NCBI GenBank assembly: GCA_965263355.1
Contig: CBDHHL010000032.1
Coordinates: forward strand, 608,001-672,000
Source: Leptolyngbyaceae cyanobacterium
GTDB taxonomy: Bacteria > Cyanobacteriota > Cyanobacteriia > Phormidesmidales > Phormidesmidaceae
Direction: 5' to 3'
Length of the DNA stretch: 64,000 nt
This document shows, piece after piece, positions 50,797 to 62,015 of the stretch (position 1 is the stretch's first letter; the number at the start of each line of letters is the position of its first letter). The notes below the pieces were generated by a model that was not told where the DNA came from, made no database searches, and saw only the letters and a program-made list of their open reading frames with translations. The translations under genes were made by a program, and so were the position numbers.

Positions 50797-52489
50797 TCCC
50801 AGACAATACCGCCGTCAGCCCAGCTGGCACCAATGCGGCCGCCTGATTACGAGAAAAGTCTGCTAACGCAGTCCAGGCCGCATCAATCAGTTGATTGGGC
50901 TGCAGATCATCCTTCACCAAATCCCACAAACGGGACACTTCTTCGGTGTGAAGACGATTGTCCTCGGTGAGGGCTGCCAAAATTTGCTGACGCAAATACT
51001 GACCTTCATCGGACATCAAAAACTGCATCCCTAACCCAGCGGTGGGAATCAAGTTAAATCCTTGATCACTTTGGGCAATGCGAATCATGTTCTCAAGGCG
51101 CTGCCACTGAAAACGACCATCCTTAAACAACACCTCAATGAGTCGCTGTCGTAGGGACTCGGTTTCTCCCATTAACAATCGCCGTGCCACATAGGGATAG
51201 GCAATTTCTACAATTTTGAACTCTGGATTTAGGGTAAGGGCTAGCCCCTCCTGGGTCACCAGGGAACGAATAATTAGGGCAAACTTGGCCGGTACGCGGA
51301 AGGGATATTCATACATCACCTCTGAGAATTTATCGGTAATGCTCTTAAAGTTGAAATCACCAACACTTTCACCAATGGCACCGTCAAATACAGCTTGCAG
51401 AGCAGGCACAATGGGACGAACATCGACATCAGGGGTAAGAAAACCTAATTTGACAAAGTCATCGGCAAGTTTGTCATATTCCTGATTGATCAAATGGACA
51501 ACTGAGTCCACCAGGGTTTCCTTCATCTCCTGGGTAAGCTGATCCATCATGCCAAAGTCGATGTAAGCCATCATCCCATTAGGCATGGCAAAAAGGTTAC
51601 CGGGGTGGGGGTCAGCATGGAAAAAACCAAACTCCAACAGCTGCCGTAACCCTGAAGACACCCCAATCGTAACCAGGTCGTCAGAATTCAGCCCCGCTGC
51701 CTTGACCCGCTCAATGTCGGTCAGCTTGATTCCATCAATCCATTCCAGGGTAAGCACCCGAGTGCTGGTGTAACGCCAGTAGATCGCAGGTACCTTGACT
51801 TTAGGATCATCCGCAAAGTTGGCCGCAAACGCTTCAGCATTACGGCCTTCATTCAGGTAATCAATTTCTTCAAATAGCTTGGAGCCAAACTCATCCACAA
51901 TCAGGGTGAGGTCATGGCCAAGGTTAAGGGGCAACCAGGGGGCAATCCAACCGGCGGCCCAACGCATTAGATACAGATCGCGGCAAATAATCGGCACCAG
52001 CCCAGGACGCTGCACTTTGACCGCAACTGTTTCACCTGTATAAAGTCGGGCCCTATATACCTGACCCAGGCTAGCTGCCGCCACTGGTTCAGGTGAAATG
52101 TAACTATAAACTTCTTCCGGGGTACGCCCCAATTCTTTTTCAATAATCAGGCTAGCTAGGTGGCTGTCAAACGGTGGCAGCTGATCTTGCAGTTTAATGA
52201 GTTCGTCTAAAAATTTGGGATTAACTAAATCAGGTCTGGTGGAGAGGGCCTGTCCAACTTTAATAAACGTAGGCCCCAGATCCGTTAGTATCTTGCGTAG
52301 CTGAGACGCTCGCCTGGATTCATTGGTTTCTTGCCGTCCCAGGGCTCTATCAAACAGTAAGCCTAGGACAAAACTACCTAACATCAAGGCAACGGAAAAG
52401 GCCCGCCATAGAACGGTCCAAAGACGAAAACGATAGTGATCTGCGATCGCAACCGCGTCATATCGCCTCATCTTGTCAAGCTCAGCCAT
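50765..52489 (-). CDS. ABC1/AarF/UbiB atypical kinase
   Basis: LGPTFIKVGQ, AAASLGQVY, VAVKVQRP, FHADPHPGN, IDFG. Confidence 0.95.
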   Translation of the reverse strand: MAELDKMRRYDAVAIADHYRFRLWTVLWRAFSVALMLGSFVLGLLFDRALGRQETNESRRASQLRKILTDLGPTFIKVGQALSTRPDLVNPKFLDELIKLQDQLPPFDSHLASLIIEKELGRTPEEVYSYISPEPVAAASLGQVYRARLYTGETVAVKVQRPGLVPIICRDLYLMRWAAGWIAPWLPLNLGHDLTLIVDEFGSKLFEEIDYLNEGRNAEAFAANFADDPKVKVPAIYWRYTSTRVLTLEWIDGIKLTDIERVKAAGLNSDDLVTIGVSSGLRQLLEFGFFHADPHPGNLFAMPNGMMAYIDFGMMDQLTQEMKETLVDSVVHLINQEYDKLADDFVKLGFLTPDVDVRPIVPALQAVFDGAIGESVGDFNFKSITDKFSEVMYEYPFRVPAKFALIIRSLVTQEGLALTLNPEFKIVEIAYPYVARRLLMGETESLRQRLIEVLFKDGRFQWQRLENMIRIAQSDQGFNLIPTAGLGMQFLMSDEGQYLRQQILAALTEDNRLHTEEVSRLWDLVKDDLQPNQLIDAAWTALADFSRNQAAALVPAGLTAVLSGNGQSVLSGNN

Positions 52490-53020
52490 ACGTTTCTCCT
52501 AAGCAAAACGCCCAGTCAAGAAGGCACGGTGACACTTGGGTGGGACGAGTATCATCAGCCTTCGTCCTAAGCAATCGAACAATGGATCTAACTAGAGATA
52601 GCCCACTATCCAACAGTAAACATCTTAATCATAGTATAGGTAAATACACTTTTATTTAGATTTACTGTTGGCAACTCAATCCATTCAATCTAGTATCAAA
52701 ACCCAAAATTAGAATAAAAACGATAGTCATGAATGCTTAGCAGAGCCTCAATTATAAAAATTCGACTAAAAAAAAGAGAGTACCAATATTGGCAACTCTC
52801 CAGACAGATCTTTAATGCAAGCAAATTAAAAACTAAAACGACATCACTTGCTTACAGACTAGTGAGCTGTCAAGGATTTAATTTTGGGATGACAGAGGTG
52901 ATTAACAAAATAGCTTTTATCAGCGAAACACAACTCACTAATCACCGTTCACTACTCAATGTCTTTCCCGAAATTTATGGCTTGACACAATACGAGTCAA
53001 ATGTCGAACTCGTCAGACAT

Positions 53021-53368
53021 TTAAATGATGGCATTCAGGATAGACGTCAGAACTGATAGCAAAAAAGCACCGATAATTGCACTCCAGATGCCCCAACGTA
53101 GCCGAAAACCCTCAACTAACTTGGCAGATAGACCGAACAGGATGAGATTTAGTAAAAAAGTACCCAGAGTAATTAGCCAAAGCAAACCACCCAAAATGGG
53201 TAAACCTAAAATGACATTGGCAACACCGTTTAGAACACCGAAAACCAAGGCAGTAATCGCCGTCTTGCCAAAGCTGTCAGACTCTACACCAGTGGGTAAG
53301 AAGGTGATAATCACCAAAGCGATTGTGGTAATTAACCAGGCAACAATAAAGGGAACGAGAAAGTCCAT
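53021..53368 (-). CDS. Phage holin family 4 / YvlD-like membrane protein
   Basis: Four-TM small protein, ALVFGVLN, ITLG, LVEGF. Confidence 0.85.
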   Translation of the reverse strand: MDFLVPFIVAWLITTIALVIITFLPTGVESDSFGKTAITALVFGVLNGVANVILGLPILGGLLWLITLGTFLLNLILFGLSAKLVEGFRLRWGIWSAIIGAFLLSVLTSILNAII

Positions 53369-53491
53369 TGCAGGGCTCCTTAGAAGCGATAACTACGGAA
53401 TATCCGTATTTACTCGTAGCGATTTCGATTGAAGTATATCAAACTTGTTCTCTATACGTAATTAAAGGAGTGTTAAGAGCAATGCCTTTAA

Positions 53492-54157
53492 TTACGGCAG
53501 TTTCAGCCGGTAATACTGACTCAGGCGCTGTTGAAACTGCCCCCAGTGCTGGTCTAATTTATGTGGTGTGAGTGTAAAAAGCTGCGCTGGGTGGTCTTCC
53601 AGAGCAATAGCCACCATCGCCCGTTCCACCTTGATATCGTAATCTCGATACACCCAATTCACCGCCCAACAGTAGGCCGCCACCTGTAAAAAATAGTCTT
53701 CGATCCAGTTTGCTTGCTTAGGACGGCGAGCCGTTTTCCAATCACACACTACCAGCTCCCCGTCATAGACCATCAGCGCATCGGGGTAGCCAGCAAATTT
53801 AAGCGGGTGCCACACTGCGCCTTCAACTAGAAAAACGTCATCTATGTTCTCAAGTATCGGTTCAATCGATGCCCAAAATCCTTCGGTACCCTCGGGTAGC
53901 GTCCAGTCCTCCTGACGTAGATAGGCCTTAATCACCTTGTGGATTTTGGTCCCAGACCGCGAGGCCTTAGTTGTGATCCGATTAGCTTCATCGGTGCCTA
54001 CTCGTTCTCGCCAACGCCATAGCCGTTCTTTTGCTTCCCATGGCTTTGTGGCAGACAAAATCGTGGTTACCCCAGGTAGCCGCTGCCCCTCTATCTCATA
54101 GTGACGACGACGATTTACTGATACCTGCTTTGCTTTGAAATGGGGTAATAAAGGCAT
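53492..54157 (-). CDS. PD-(D/E)XK exonuclease (MGME1/phage-exonuclease-like)
   Basis: PGVTTIL, WRERVG, GTKIH, AGYPD, DWKT, QVAAY. Confidence 0.85.
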   Translation of the reverse strand: MPLLPHFKAKQVSVNRRRHYEIEGQRLPGVTTILSATKPWEAKERLWRWRERVGTDEANRITTKASRSGTKIHKVIKAYLRQEDWTLPEGTEGFWASIEPILENIDDVFLVEGAVWHPLKFAGYPDALMVYDGELVVCDWKTARRPKQANWIEDYFLQVAAYCWAVNWVYRDYDIKVERAMVAIALEDHPAQLFTLTPHKLDQHWGQFQQRLSQYYRLKLP

Positions 54158-54171
54158 TGCATGCAATACCC

Positions 54172-56256
54172 TTACTTAACGGCAAAGGATTCAATCATCC
54201 ACCTATCATCTTGCTTTTTGAGATTATATTCAACCGTCAGCTGCTCTTGATAAGACGCTCCATCACTCAGCACACCAAATTCATAAGCTTCAGCGACTTC
54301 TTCTACCTCAGCCGTTACCCGAATTTGCTCCTCACTCAATTCTTCAGCCGATAGATTCTGAATAGTTTGCTGATATTCAACATGGACACCATCCCGTTGG
54401 TTTTTCTCTACTCGACCAATCCATTCAGACAAGGCTGGTTCGATCAAAATTTCAGATAGGGCATCAATATTCCATTGGGGCCCCATAGCTTCAGACTTGG
54501 CTTGATACCAATTTTGAATAGCCCCCTCTGCAATCACCTGAACATCATCACTGGCGGCTGGTGAAAGCTCTTCAGACGGGAGTTCGATAGGTGGACTGGC
54601 CACATCAATATCTAACGGATCGCCTTTGAGCTGAGGTCCACCAAACAGCCCACCAAACAAATTCAATAGCTGAACCACGATAAACCCTAGCAATCCCAGC
54701 CCAAGTAGCCCCAGCAAGAGGACAAGGGCCAAACGGCCCCACTTAGGAGACGACGAACGCCGCCGCGATTTTGTCACCGACTCGTCAAACCCAACGGTAG
54801 CCGTCAGGTCATCCTCTAGTTGCCCGTCTGGTGATAGGTTAGACACCTCTTCAGGGGTATAAGCAGGCGTATTGTGGGAAACTGCCGCCGCCCCTACGCC
54901 TACAGCAGCTGCAGTCCCCAAGCCGATAGACTGTCCAGTCCCAAAAGATGGGCGACCATAGTCCGAAGTGCCATAGTCTGAGGTGCCATAGCCTGAAGCT
55001 CCGTAATCTGAAGTCTTGTAATCTGAAATGCCATAGTTGGAGGAGCCAAAGCGCCCTGCAGAAACCGTATCTTCCGTGGGCATTGCTTCTAGATAAGCCT
55101 GCACCTGCTCATTAGCAAAATAGTCTTTAAGAGTGACGTTGCTTTGATCTAAATCCCTGAAAAAGGGAAAAACATCTTGCTGTAGCCAACGCTCGGTGTA
55201 AAGACATAGCCCTGGCAATAGATCGGGGGCACCAGCAGAATGCTCCTTAATAAAGGATATGGGCTCATCTTCATGGCTACGCTCTAGGGCATAGGTAGCT
55301 TCTTCCGTTTGCCCCAATAACACCGCACATACGGCCTGTTCTAGATATACATCCTGACGCTCAGTCAAAAGAGCCAGCCTCTGCTTAGCTTGGCGGACAA
55401 GATTGGGCTGATGCCTAGCAAAGCCTCTGGCTAAAAGCGCGTAGACAGATAGATAAATACCAACGGATGAAGGCCGTTGAGCCTCAGTTGCAAAAATTTC
55501 CTGCTGTTCTGCAGAGGTCAAATAGCTACGTAACTGCTGTACAAAGCGCAGAAAATCCTCGACGTTTAACCCCGAGGCATCATCATTGGCACCATCGATG
55601 CCGCCCCGTGCCTGTAGCATGGATTTCAACAGAGCGATACCTTGCTGTCTGGCCAGCTTATCCGCTAAGGGGCGAGCCACAAGCTCTAAAATTCGATATG
55701 GCTTAAGCTTATCGAGGTCCGCCTGGATATCCGCTTGCATCTCAGGAAATAAGTTTTCCCGAATCATTAACTCCTGACCAGTTGCCAATGACTCGGCCGC
55801 ATTTTCATACTGGTGCTGCTGCCATTGTTCTCGCCCTAGCTCTAAACACGCTAACCCAATCGTTAAAACGACATCAGCCAGTGCTTCCTGGGAATTCCCT
55901 TCTAATTCACCAGCGCCACTGCTCAGGTACGGGCGTCCTAGACGAATGACCAGCTCATATTCACCCAATTCCAGCAAAATGAGTAATGCCCCAATCAGCT
56001 GTTGCTCATAAATTTCGATGGTAGCCGTTTCAGTTCTTGCAGCCAGTAGCTGAGCATCGTAAGCTTGACGCGTTCCAGAGTCCTTTAAGGCCACATAAGC
56101 GGCATCAATCAACTGTTTTCGCGATTGAATTGCAAATTCTGAGTATTCTCGACGAGGTAGCTGTAGAGTACGGTCACGGTGAGCTTGCTCCAGTTGTTCC
56201 GCTGTCGCTTGCATGGGCAACCCCAGAATTCGGTAATAATCTAGCGGAATTTGCAC
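54172..56256 (-). CDS. ftn2: Cell division protein Ftn2/ZipN (ARC6 homologue)
   Basis: IPLDYYRILG J-like domain, PYRILEL, DLLPGLCLYTERWL, TM, C-terminal IMS/DUF4101-like domain. Confidence 0.93.
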   Translation of the reverse strand: MQIPLDYYRILGLPMQATAEQLEQAHRDRTLQLPRREYSEFAIQSRKQLIDAAYVALKDSGTRQAYDAQLLAARTETATIEIYEQQLIGALLILLELGEYELVIRLGRPYLSSGAGELEGNSQEALADVVLTIGLACLELGREQWQQHQYENAAESLATGQELMIRENLFPEMQADIQADLDKLKPYRILELVARPLADKLARQQGIALLKSMLQARGGIDGANDDASGLNVEDFLRFVQQLRSYLTSAEQQEIFATEAQRPSSVGIYLSVYALLARGFARHQPNLVRQAKQRLALLTERQDVYLEQAVCAVLLGQTEEATYALERSHEDEPISFIKEHSAGAPDLLPGLCLYTERWLQQDVFPFFRDLDQSNVTLKDYFANEQVQAYLEAMPTEDTVSAGRFGSSNYGISDYKTSDYGASGYGTSDYGTSDYGRPSFGTGQSIGLGTAAAVGVGAAAVSHNTPAYTPEEVSNLSPDGQLEDDLTATVGFDESVTKSRRRSSSPKWGRLALVLLLGLLGLGLLGFIVVQLLNLFGGLFGGPQLKGDPLDIDVASPPIELPSEELSPAASDDVQVIAEGAIQNWYQAKSEAMGPQWNIDALSEILIEPALSEWIGRVEKNQRDGVHVEYQQTIQNLSAEELSEEQIRVTAEVEEVAEAYEFGVLSDGASYQEQLTVEYNLKKQDDRWMIESFAVK
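54956..55045 (-). repeat. Six degenerate 15-bp tandem repeats in ftn2 encoding (T/S)SDYG-like units
   Basis: ccatagtccgaagtg/ccatagtctgaggtg/ccatagcctgaagct/ccgtaatctgaagtc/... Confidence 0.8.
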
Positions 56257-56826
56257 AGTGACTTCCTTAGCATTCGAATTGACTTCAGCTTATGTGTGAG
56301 ACCTTGCAAAACGTTAGTACAGGTATTGGTAAACACCCTAATAAAAGAATGTATAGAAACTACCTGAGCCAGGTGAAACAGTTGTCTACATTTAAACCGC
56401 ATACATAATAGCGATGAAATGCTTATTTTTGAAAGCCTACAGCAATGAATCGATTTTTCAGACAATTTACCAAGGAAATTAAGGCTATAAACCCACGGTT
56501 TTTCTCAGGTGTTTTCACGTACAACAGTACTCGTAAATATATCCCTGTTGATAGTTAGCCCACCTTGGCAGTACTTGAATATTTAATTGTTACCAAAGAC
56601 TGTAGGATTCATTTATCAACCACACTTATCAAGACATAAACAAATATTCGAAATAGATTACATGTCATCAGTCACCGGGAAAGCTAGATTCTCGTCTAAA
56701 ATTATGTTCGGTTGATTTTAGATTGATCAGGCTAACAAGCATCCGCGTTATCGCGTAGTGATCATGAACTGATCACTTTTTTGGAATAATTACAATTTGT
56801 ATTGCGGCGAGGCGACTGGCAAGCCA

Positions 56827-57855
56827 ATGGTTCAGGAACGGACATTACCAACATTTCAAGCAACTTCGGCAAAGCTCGATAAGCAGGAGGGCCTGAGGCT
56901 ATATGAGGATATGGTCCTAGGTCGCTACTTTGAAGATAAGTGTGCCGAAATGTACTATCGGGGCAAAATGTTCGGATTTGTACATCTTTATAACGGTCAA
57001 GAAGCCGTCTCTACCGGCGTTATCAAATCCATGCGCCCCGACGACTATGTATGCAGCACCTATCGTGACCACGTCCATGCTCTGAGTGCTGGCGTATCTG
57101 CAAGCGCTGTCATGTCTGAGCTATTTGGTAAAGAAACTGGCTGCAGCAAAGGCCGAGGTGGCTCAATGCACATGTTTTCTAAAGAGCACAATCTGCTGGG
57201 GGGGTTTGCCTTTATCGGTGAAGGTATTCCGGTTGCCTTAGGGGCTGCATTCCAGTCACGCTATCGTCGTGATGCCCTGGGAGACACCTCTGCGGATCAA
57301 GTAACTGCTGCGTTCTTTGGAGATGGCACTACTAACAATGGTCAGTTTTTTGAATGCTTGAATATGGCAGTTCTCTGGAAGCTACCTATCTTGTTCGTAG
57401 TAGAAAACAATAAGTGGGCGATTGGCATGGCCCACGAACGGGCGTCTTCACAAACTGAGATTTACCGCAAAGCTAGCGTCTTTGGCATGCCGGGCTATGA
57501 AGTTGACGGGATGGATGTGTTAGCTGTACGTGAGGTAGCCCAGGCAGCGATTGCCCGTGCCCGCGCTGGGGAAGGTCCCACCTTGATTGAATGTTTGACG
57601 TACCGTTTCCGGGGTCACTCATTGGCGGATCCAGATGAGTTGCGATCGCAGGCCGAAAAAGACGAATGGCAGGCTCGTGATCCCATCATTCGCATGGAAG
57701 CCTATCTGATCGAACAAAACCTGGCCGATGACGCTGAGCTGAAGGCAATCAAAAAGCGCATCGAAGCCCATATAGAAGAGGCCGTTGCATTTGCCGAGTC
57801 AAGCCCTGAACCCTCTCCCGATGAACTTCATCGCTACATTTTTGCTGAGAACTAG
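56827..57855 (+). CDS. pdhA: Pyruvate dehydrogenase E1 alpha
   Basis: [14 protein letters not shown]...NN TPP motif, [10 protein letters not shown]. Confidence 0.98.
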   Translation: MVQERTLPTFQATSAKLDKQEGLRLYEDMVLGRYFEDKCAEMYYRGKMFGFVHLYNGQEAVSTGVIKSMRPDDYVCSTYRDHVHALSAGVSASAVMSELFGKETGCSKGRGGSMHMFSKEHNLLGGFAFIGEGIPVALGAAFQSRYRRDALGDTSADQVTAAFFGDGTTNNGQFFECLNMAVLWKLPILFVVENNKWAIGMAHERASSQTEIYRKASVFGMPGYEVDGMDVLAVREVAQAAIARARAGEGPTLIECLTYRFRGHSLADPDELRSQAEKDEWQARDPIIRMEAYLIEQNLADDAELKAIKKRIEAHIEEAVAFAESSPEPSPDELHRYIFAEN

Positions 57856-57907
57856 TCAGTCGGTGGTTAAAGGAATCGCAGTTAGCAAGTTATTAACAGG
57901 TATCTAA

Positions 57908-58891
57908 ATGGCAGAAACACTTTTATTTAATGCCCTGCGGGAAGCCGTAGATGAAGAAATGGGACGGGACGAAACTGTCTTTGTTCTAGGTGAAGACGTT
58001 GGCCATTACGGCGGTTCCTACAAGGTCACCAAAGGGCTATACGACAAGTACGGTCCCCTGCGTGTACTAGACACCCCGATTGCTGAAAACAGCTTTACCG
58101 GGATGGCCGTAGGGGCTGCCATGACCGGTCTAAAGCCCATTGTCGAAGGGATGAATATGGGCTTTTTGCTGTTGGCCTTTAACCAAATTGCTAACAATGC
58201 AGGCATGCTGCCCTACACCTCTGGCGGCAACTATCACATCCCCATGGTAATTCGAGGCCCAGGGGGGGTAGGACGTCAATTAGGTGCAGAACATTCGCAA
58301 CGCCTAGAAGCTTATTTTCAGGCTGTACCGGGTCTTAAGATCGTGGCTTGTTCTACGCCTTACAACGCAAAGGGCCTCCTTAAGTCGGCTATTCGTGATA
58401 AAAACCCCGTACTCTTCTTTGAGCACGTGTTGCTCTATAACCTTAAAGAAGATCTGCCCAATGATGAGTATTTGGTGCCGCTAGATAAGGCAGATGTGGT
58501 CCGTTCAGGTAAGGACGTAACTATTTTGACCTATTCCCGTATGCGTCACCATGTCTTACAGGCACTCAAGGGAATTGAATCTCAAGGGTTTGACCCAGAG
58601 GTGATTGATCTAATTTCTTTGAAACCCATTGACTACGACACCATTGGTGCATCCATTCGCAAGACCCACCGAGTCATCATTGTTGAAGAATGCATGCGCA
58701 CTGGGGGGATCGCTGCGGAGATTATCGCCTCTATCAATGATCGATTCTTTGATGAGCTAGATGCTCCGGTGATGCGTCTGTCTTCCCAGGATATTCCGAC
58801 TCCCTACAATGGCCGCTTGGAAAGTCTAACCATTGTACAACCCAAGCAAATTGTGGAAGCCGTTGAAAAAATGATGACGGCTCTGGTGTAG
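57908..58891 (+). CDS. pdhB: Pyruvate dehydrogenase E1 beta
   Basis: [20 protein letters not shown]. Confidence 0.98.
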   Translation: MAETLLFNALREAVDEEMGRDETVFVLGEDVGHYGGSYKVTKGLYDKYGPLRVLDTPIAENSFTGMAVGAAMTGLKPIVEGMNMGFLLLAFNQIANNAGMLPYTSGGNYHIPMVIRGPGGVGRQLGAEHSQRLEAYFQAVPGLKIVACSTPYNAKGLLKSAIRDKNPVLFFEHVLLYNLKEDLPNDEYLVPLDKADVVRSGKDVTILTYSRMRHHVLQALKGIESQGFDPEVIDLISLKPIDYDTIGASIRKTHRVIIVEECMRTGGIAAEIIASINDRFFDELDAPVMRLSSQDIPTPYNGRLESLTIVQPKQIVEAVEKMMTALV

Positions 58892-58910
58892 ACCATCGCT
58901 CAAACTCGAT

Positions 58911-58946
58911 AAAAAGCACAGGGAATGTTTTTCTCTGTGCTTTTTT
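58911..58946 (+). terminator. Terminator after pdhAB
   Basis: aaaaagcacagggaa...ttctctgtgctttttt. Confidence 0.75.
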
Positions 58947-59054
58947 ATTTCTAACAGAAGATTAATAGGGTCAAGAACGGCAACCTATAATAGGATGTTC
59001 TGTTGGAGAGCCACACGTACAAGGACCGGTGTATGGATAGTAGGGAGAAGGACC

Positions 59055-60488
59055 ATGGGTAAATATCGCTCGATGCTGGTAGTCATTGTTGGACTTGCGA
59101 TCGCAGCAGTGTTTACCATTGTGCAACTACCGACTCAACTGGGATTAGATCTGCGCGGTGGTTCCCAACTCACCCTTCAAGTACTTACCAACGAACAAGT
59201 CACCCAAATCTCCGAACGGGAGCTAGAAGCTGTCCAGCGAGTTATCGAAAATCGCGTTAATGGTTTGGGGGTCTCTGAAGCGATCGTTCAAAGTTCTGGC
59301 CAAGATCAGTTATTAATCCAACTACCGGGTGTTAGCGATCCTGCCCAGGCCCAGCGAGTTTTAGGAGGCACAGCCCAGCTTGAGTTTCGTCCTCAGAAAC
59401 CAGGTACTGAAGGTCAGCTAAGAGCGATCTCAGATATTGTTAACCAGCAAGAGGTCCAACAGGCAACTATCCTGGCAGTTGGCAACGAGAACATTACCGA
59501 GGAACAACTGGCTGAGCTTGATAAGGTTACAACCGACCTACAAGCGAGTCGTGAAACATTGCTTGAGCTTTTTGACGATACCGAACTAACTGGGGACAAG
59601 CTTACAGATGCCCTGGCTAGCCCCCTGGGCACCAGCCAAGCATGGCAAGTGTCAATTTATTTCAACAACGAAGGCGGCGATCTTTTCACCGAAATGACTC
59701 GCAATATTGCAGGTACAGGTCGAGTTTTAGGTATTTTCCTAGATAATCGTCTGATCAGTGCCCCCACAGTCGATGTACAGTATGCTGCCACCGGCATTCC
59801 CGGCAACAGTGCTACCATTTCCGGTGATTTTAATGCCGAAGCTGCTAGAGACTTAGAAATTCAACTACGGGGTGGGGCCTTGCCAGTCCCCGTAGAAGTC
59901 GTTGAAAATCGTACAGTAGGAGCTACCCTTGGTCGAGATAGTATTCAACGCAGCCTCTATGCCGGTATTGCAGGCTTGGTACTTGTACTCGTCTTTATGG
60001 CCGTTTACTATCGCCTACCCGGACTCTTAGCTAACATAGCCTTAGTGATTTATGCCCTTCTCACTTGGGCTGCTTACAACATTTTGGGCGTCACCATGAC
60101 TCTGCCCGGTATTGCTGGGTTTATCTTGAGTATCGGCATGGCTGTGGATGCAAACGTGCTTATATTTGAGCGTACCCGTGAAGAATTAAGAGCTGGTAAA
60201 ACTCTCTATCGCTCAGTAGAATCAGGTTTTTATCGAGCTTTCTCCAGTATTCTCGATAGTAACGTCACCACTCTCATTGCCTGTGCCGCACTGTTCTGGT
60301 TTGGCGCTGGCTTAGTCAAAGGATTCGCCCTCACCCTAGCTGTGGGTGTTGCCGTCAGCCTATTTACAGCCTTCACCTGTACCCGCAATCTCCTCTTTTT
60401 TATCATTAGCTTTCCGCAATTTCGTAAGGTGGGTTACTTTGCACCAAGTCTAGCCACCGATTTAACCTCTACTTCACAGCCGTCATGA
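59055..60488 (+). CDS. secD: Protein translocase subunit SecD
   Basis: [27 protein letters not shown]. Confidence 0.97.
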   Translation: MGKYRSMLVVIVGLAIAAVFTIVQLPTQLGLDLRGGSQLTLQVLTNEQVTQISERELEAVQRVIENRVNGLGVSEAIVQSSGQDQLLIQLPGVSDPAQAQRVLGGTAQLEFRPQKPGTEGQLRAISDIVNQQEVQQATILAVGNENITEEQLAELDKVTTDLQASRETLLELFDDTELTGDKLTDALASPLGTSQAWQVSIYFNNEGGDLFTEMTRNIAGTGRVLGIFLDNRLISAPTVDVQYAATGIPGNSATISGDFNAEAARDLEIQLRGGALPVPVEVVENRTVGATLGRDSIQRSLYAGIAGLVLVLVFMAVYYRLPGLLANIALVIYALLTWAAYNILGVTMTLPGIAGFILSIGMAVDANVLIFERTREELRAGKTLYRSVESGFYRAFSSILDSNVTTLIACAALFWFGAGLVKGFALTLAVGVAVSLFTAFTCTRNLLFFIISFPQFRKVGYFAPSLATDLTSTSQPS

Positions 60489-61435
60489 AACTGAACGTCG
60501 TTAAACAACGGGGCATTTGGTGGCTCCTTTCCGGTCTCCTGGTATTAGTTAGCATTGCCGTCATGGCATTGTCTTGGCAACAGTTTAATGGTCCTGTTAA
60601 ACCAGGCCTAGACTTTATTGGCGGCACTCGTCTGCAGCTAGAACGAAGCTGTACTGACAATACAGACTGTACTAATCCCATTGATATTGCCGATGTCCGA
60701 GCTATTTTGGATGAACAGGAACTGGAGGGCAGCAGCCTGCAATTGGTGGGTGACACCGGGCAAGCCCTATCGATTCGTACCCGAAACTTAACTGTAGACG
60801 AGCAGTCAACCCTACGTTCAGCATTAGAAGAAAATCTGGGTCAGATAGATCCCACAGCATCCAAAATCGATGTAGTTGGCCCCACTATTGGGAAACAGCT
60901 CTTAGTAGCGGGCTTACTATCCCTATTAGTTGCCTTTGCGGGCATTACTGTCTATCTAAGCCTCAGGTTCAAGTTTGACTACGCTCTGTTGGCTCTGCTG
61001 GCCCTGATCCACGACGTTGTTATTACCCTCGGTATCTTTTCTATTTTGGGCCTTACCCTTGGTTACGAAGCAGACAGCCTTTTCATCGTAGCGCTGCTCA
61101 CAATCGTAGGCTTTTCTGTCAACGATACGGTGGTGATTTACGATCGCATCCGTGAAAACTTCAAACTAATGCCTGACCAGGATGTGGCCCAAATTGTTAA
61201 TGATGCCGTTAACCAAACCTTGGGTCGCTCCATTAACACCACCATGACAACAGTGCTGCCTCTGTTAGCCATTGTGATTTTTGGCGGAGATACGCTTAAA
61301 TTCTTTGCTCTGGCATTAATCGTTGGCTTTTTAGCAGGGGCCTATTCTAGTATTTTTATTGCCAGTACGTTATTAGCTTGGTGGCGCTCTGGCTCTAACT
61401 CAAATACTGATATGGCTACACCAGCCATGGAATAG
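60485..61435 (+). CDS. secF: Protein translocase subunit SecF
   Basis: [28 protein letters not shown]. Confidence 0.97.
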   Translation: MKLNVVKQRGIWWLLSGLLVLVSIAVMALSWQQFNGPVKPGLDFIGGTRLQLERSCTDNTDCTNPIDIADVRAILDEQELEGSSLQLVGDTGQALSIRTRNLTVDEQSTLRSALEENLGQIDPTASKIDVVGPTIGKQLLVAGLLSLLVAFAGITVYLSLRFKFDYALLALLALIHDVVITLGIFSILGLTLGYEADSLFIVALLTIVGFSVNDTVVIYDRIRENFKLMPDQDVAQIVNDAVNQTLGRSINTTMTTVLPLLAIVIFGGDTLKFFALALIVGFLAGAYSSIFIASTLLAWWRSGSNSNTDMATPAME

Positions 61436-61466
61436 GGCAAGTCATCGGACTGGGGAAATTGCTAAA

Positions 61467-61886
61467 ATGTGGAACGTGACTTCTTCCAAAGGTTCCAAAA
61501 ACACCGAAAGTACTTACACCAGCATCGCGACAGAGAGGGCGATTGAATCCCTGCGACAACATGCCCTAACAACTTGGTGGCGATTAACTGTGGCTGTGTG
61601 GTTAACTATTGGTCCCTTAACACTATGGCAGCTACGTTCTGAAATCAGTTTACTATTGGACTATTTCACCTGGACCTCGGTTTACTATGGGTTGAAATAC
61701 AATCTTTTAGGGGCGTTGGGGTTCTTTATCTGCATAGGTCTGGCTAGTACTCTATTGCTCCGAGAGATTCGCCATCTAACCTTAGGTATTTCCCCTGTCG
61801 AACGCAAACGTTTAGAAAGTCAGCTGGCCCAAATTCGTCGCCAAGGTTCTTCCCATCCATTGTGGTCCTTGGTCAATCGTCCATAG
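61467..61886 (+). CDS. Conserved hypothetical membrane protein
   Basis: Two TM segments; YFTW..VYYGL and IRRQGSSHPLW motifs. Confidence 0.7.
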   Translation: MWNVTSSKGSKNTESTYTSIATERAIESLRQHALTTWWRLTVAVWLTIGPLTLWQLRSEISLLLDYFTWTSVYYGLKYNLLGALGFFICIGLASTLLLREIRHLTLGISPVERKRLESQLAQIRRQGSSHPLWSLVNRP

Positions 61887-61891
61887 AGGCA

Positions 61892-61939
61892 TGAAAATTC
61901 TGTAGGGATGCTCCATGGAACGTCCCTACAGAATTTTCA
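61892..61939. repeat. Near-perfect 48-bp palindrome, GTAG-type REP-like
   Basis: tgaaaattctgtagggatgctcca|tggaacgtccctacagaattttca (2 mismatches). Confidence 0.75.
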
Positions 61940-62015
61940 ATAATTGCAAACTCGATAGCTATCGTTGTAATACCATCGCTAAAATGTCGAGTCTGTAATC
62001 TATAGCTCTATACCT

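Noticed and set aside
52733..53056. 107-aa ORF on the + strand
   Set aside because: AT-rich intergenic frame overlapping the holin-like gene end, with no motifs.
53021..54157. Prophage remnant suggested by holin-like and exonuclease genes
   Set aside because: YvlD-like proteins are common chromosomal genes, and there is no integrase, structural or lysin gene nearby.
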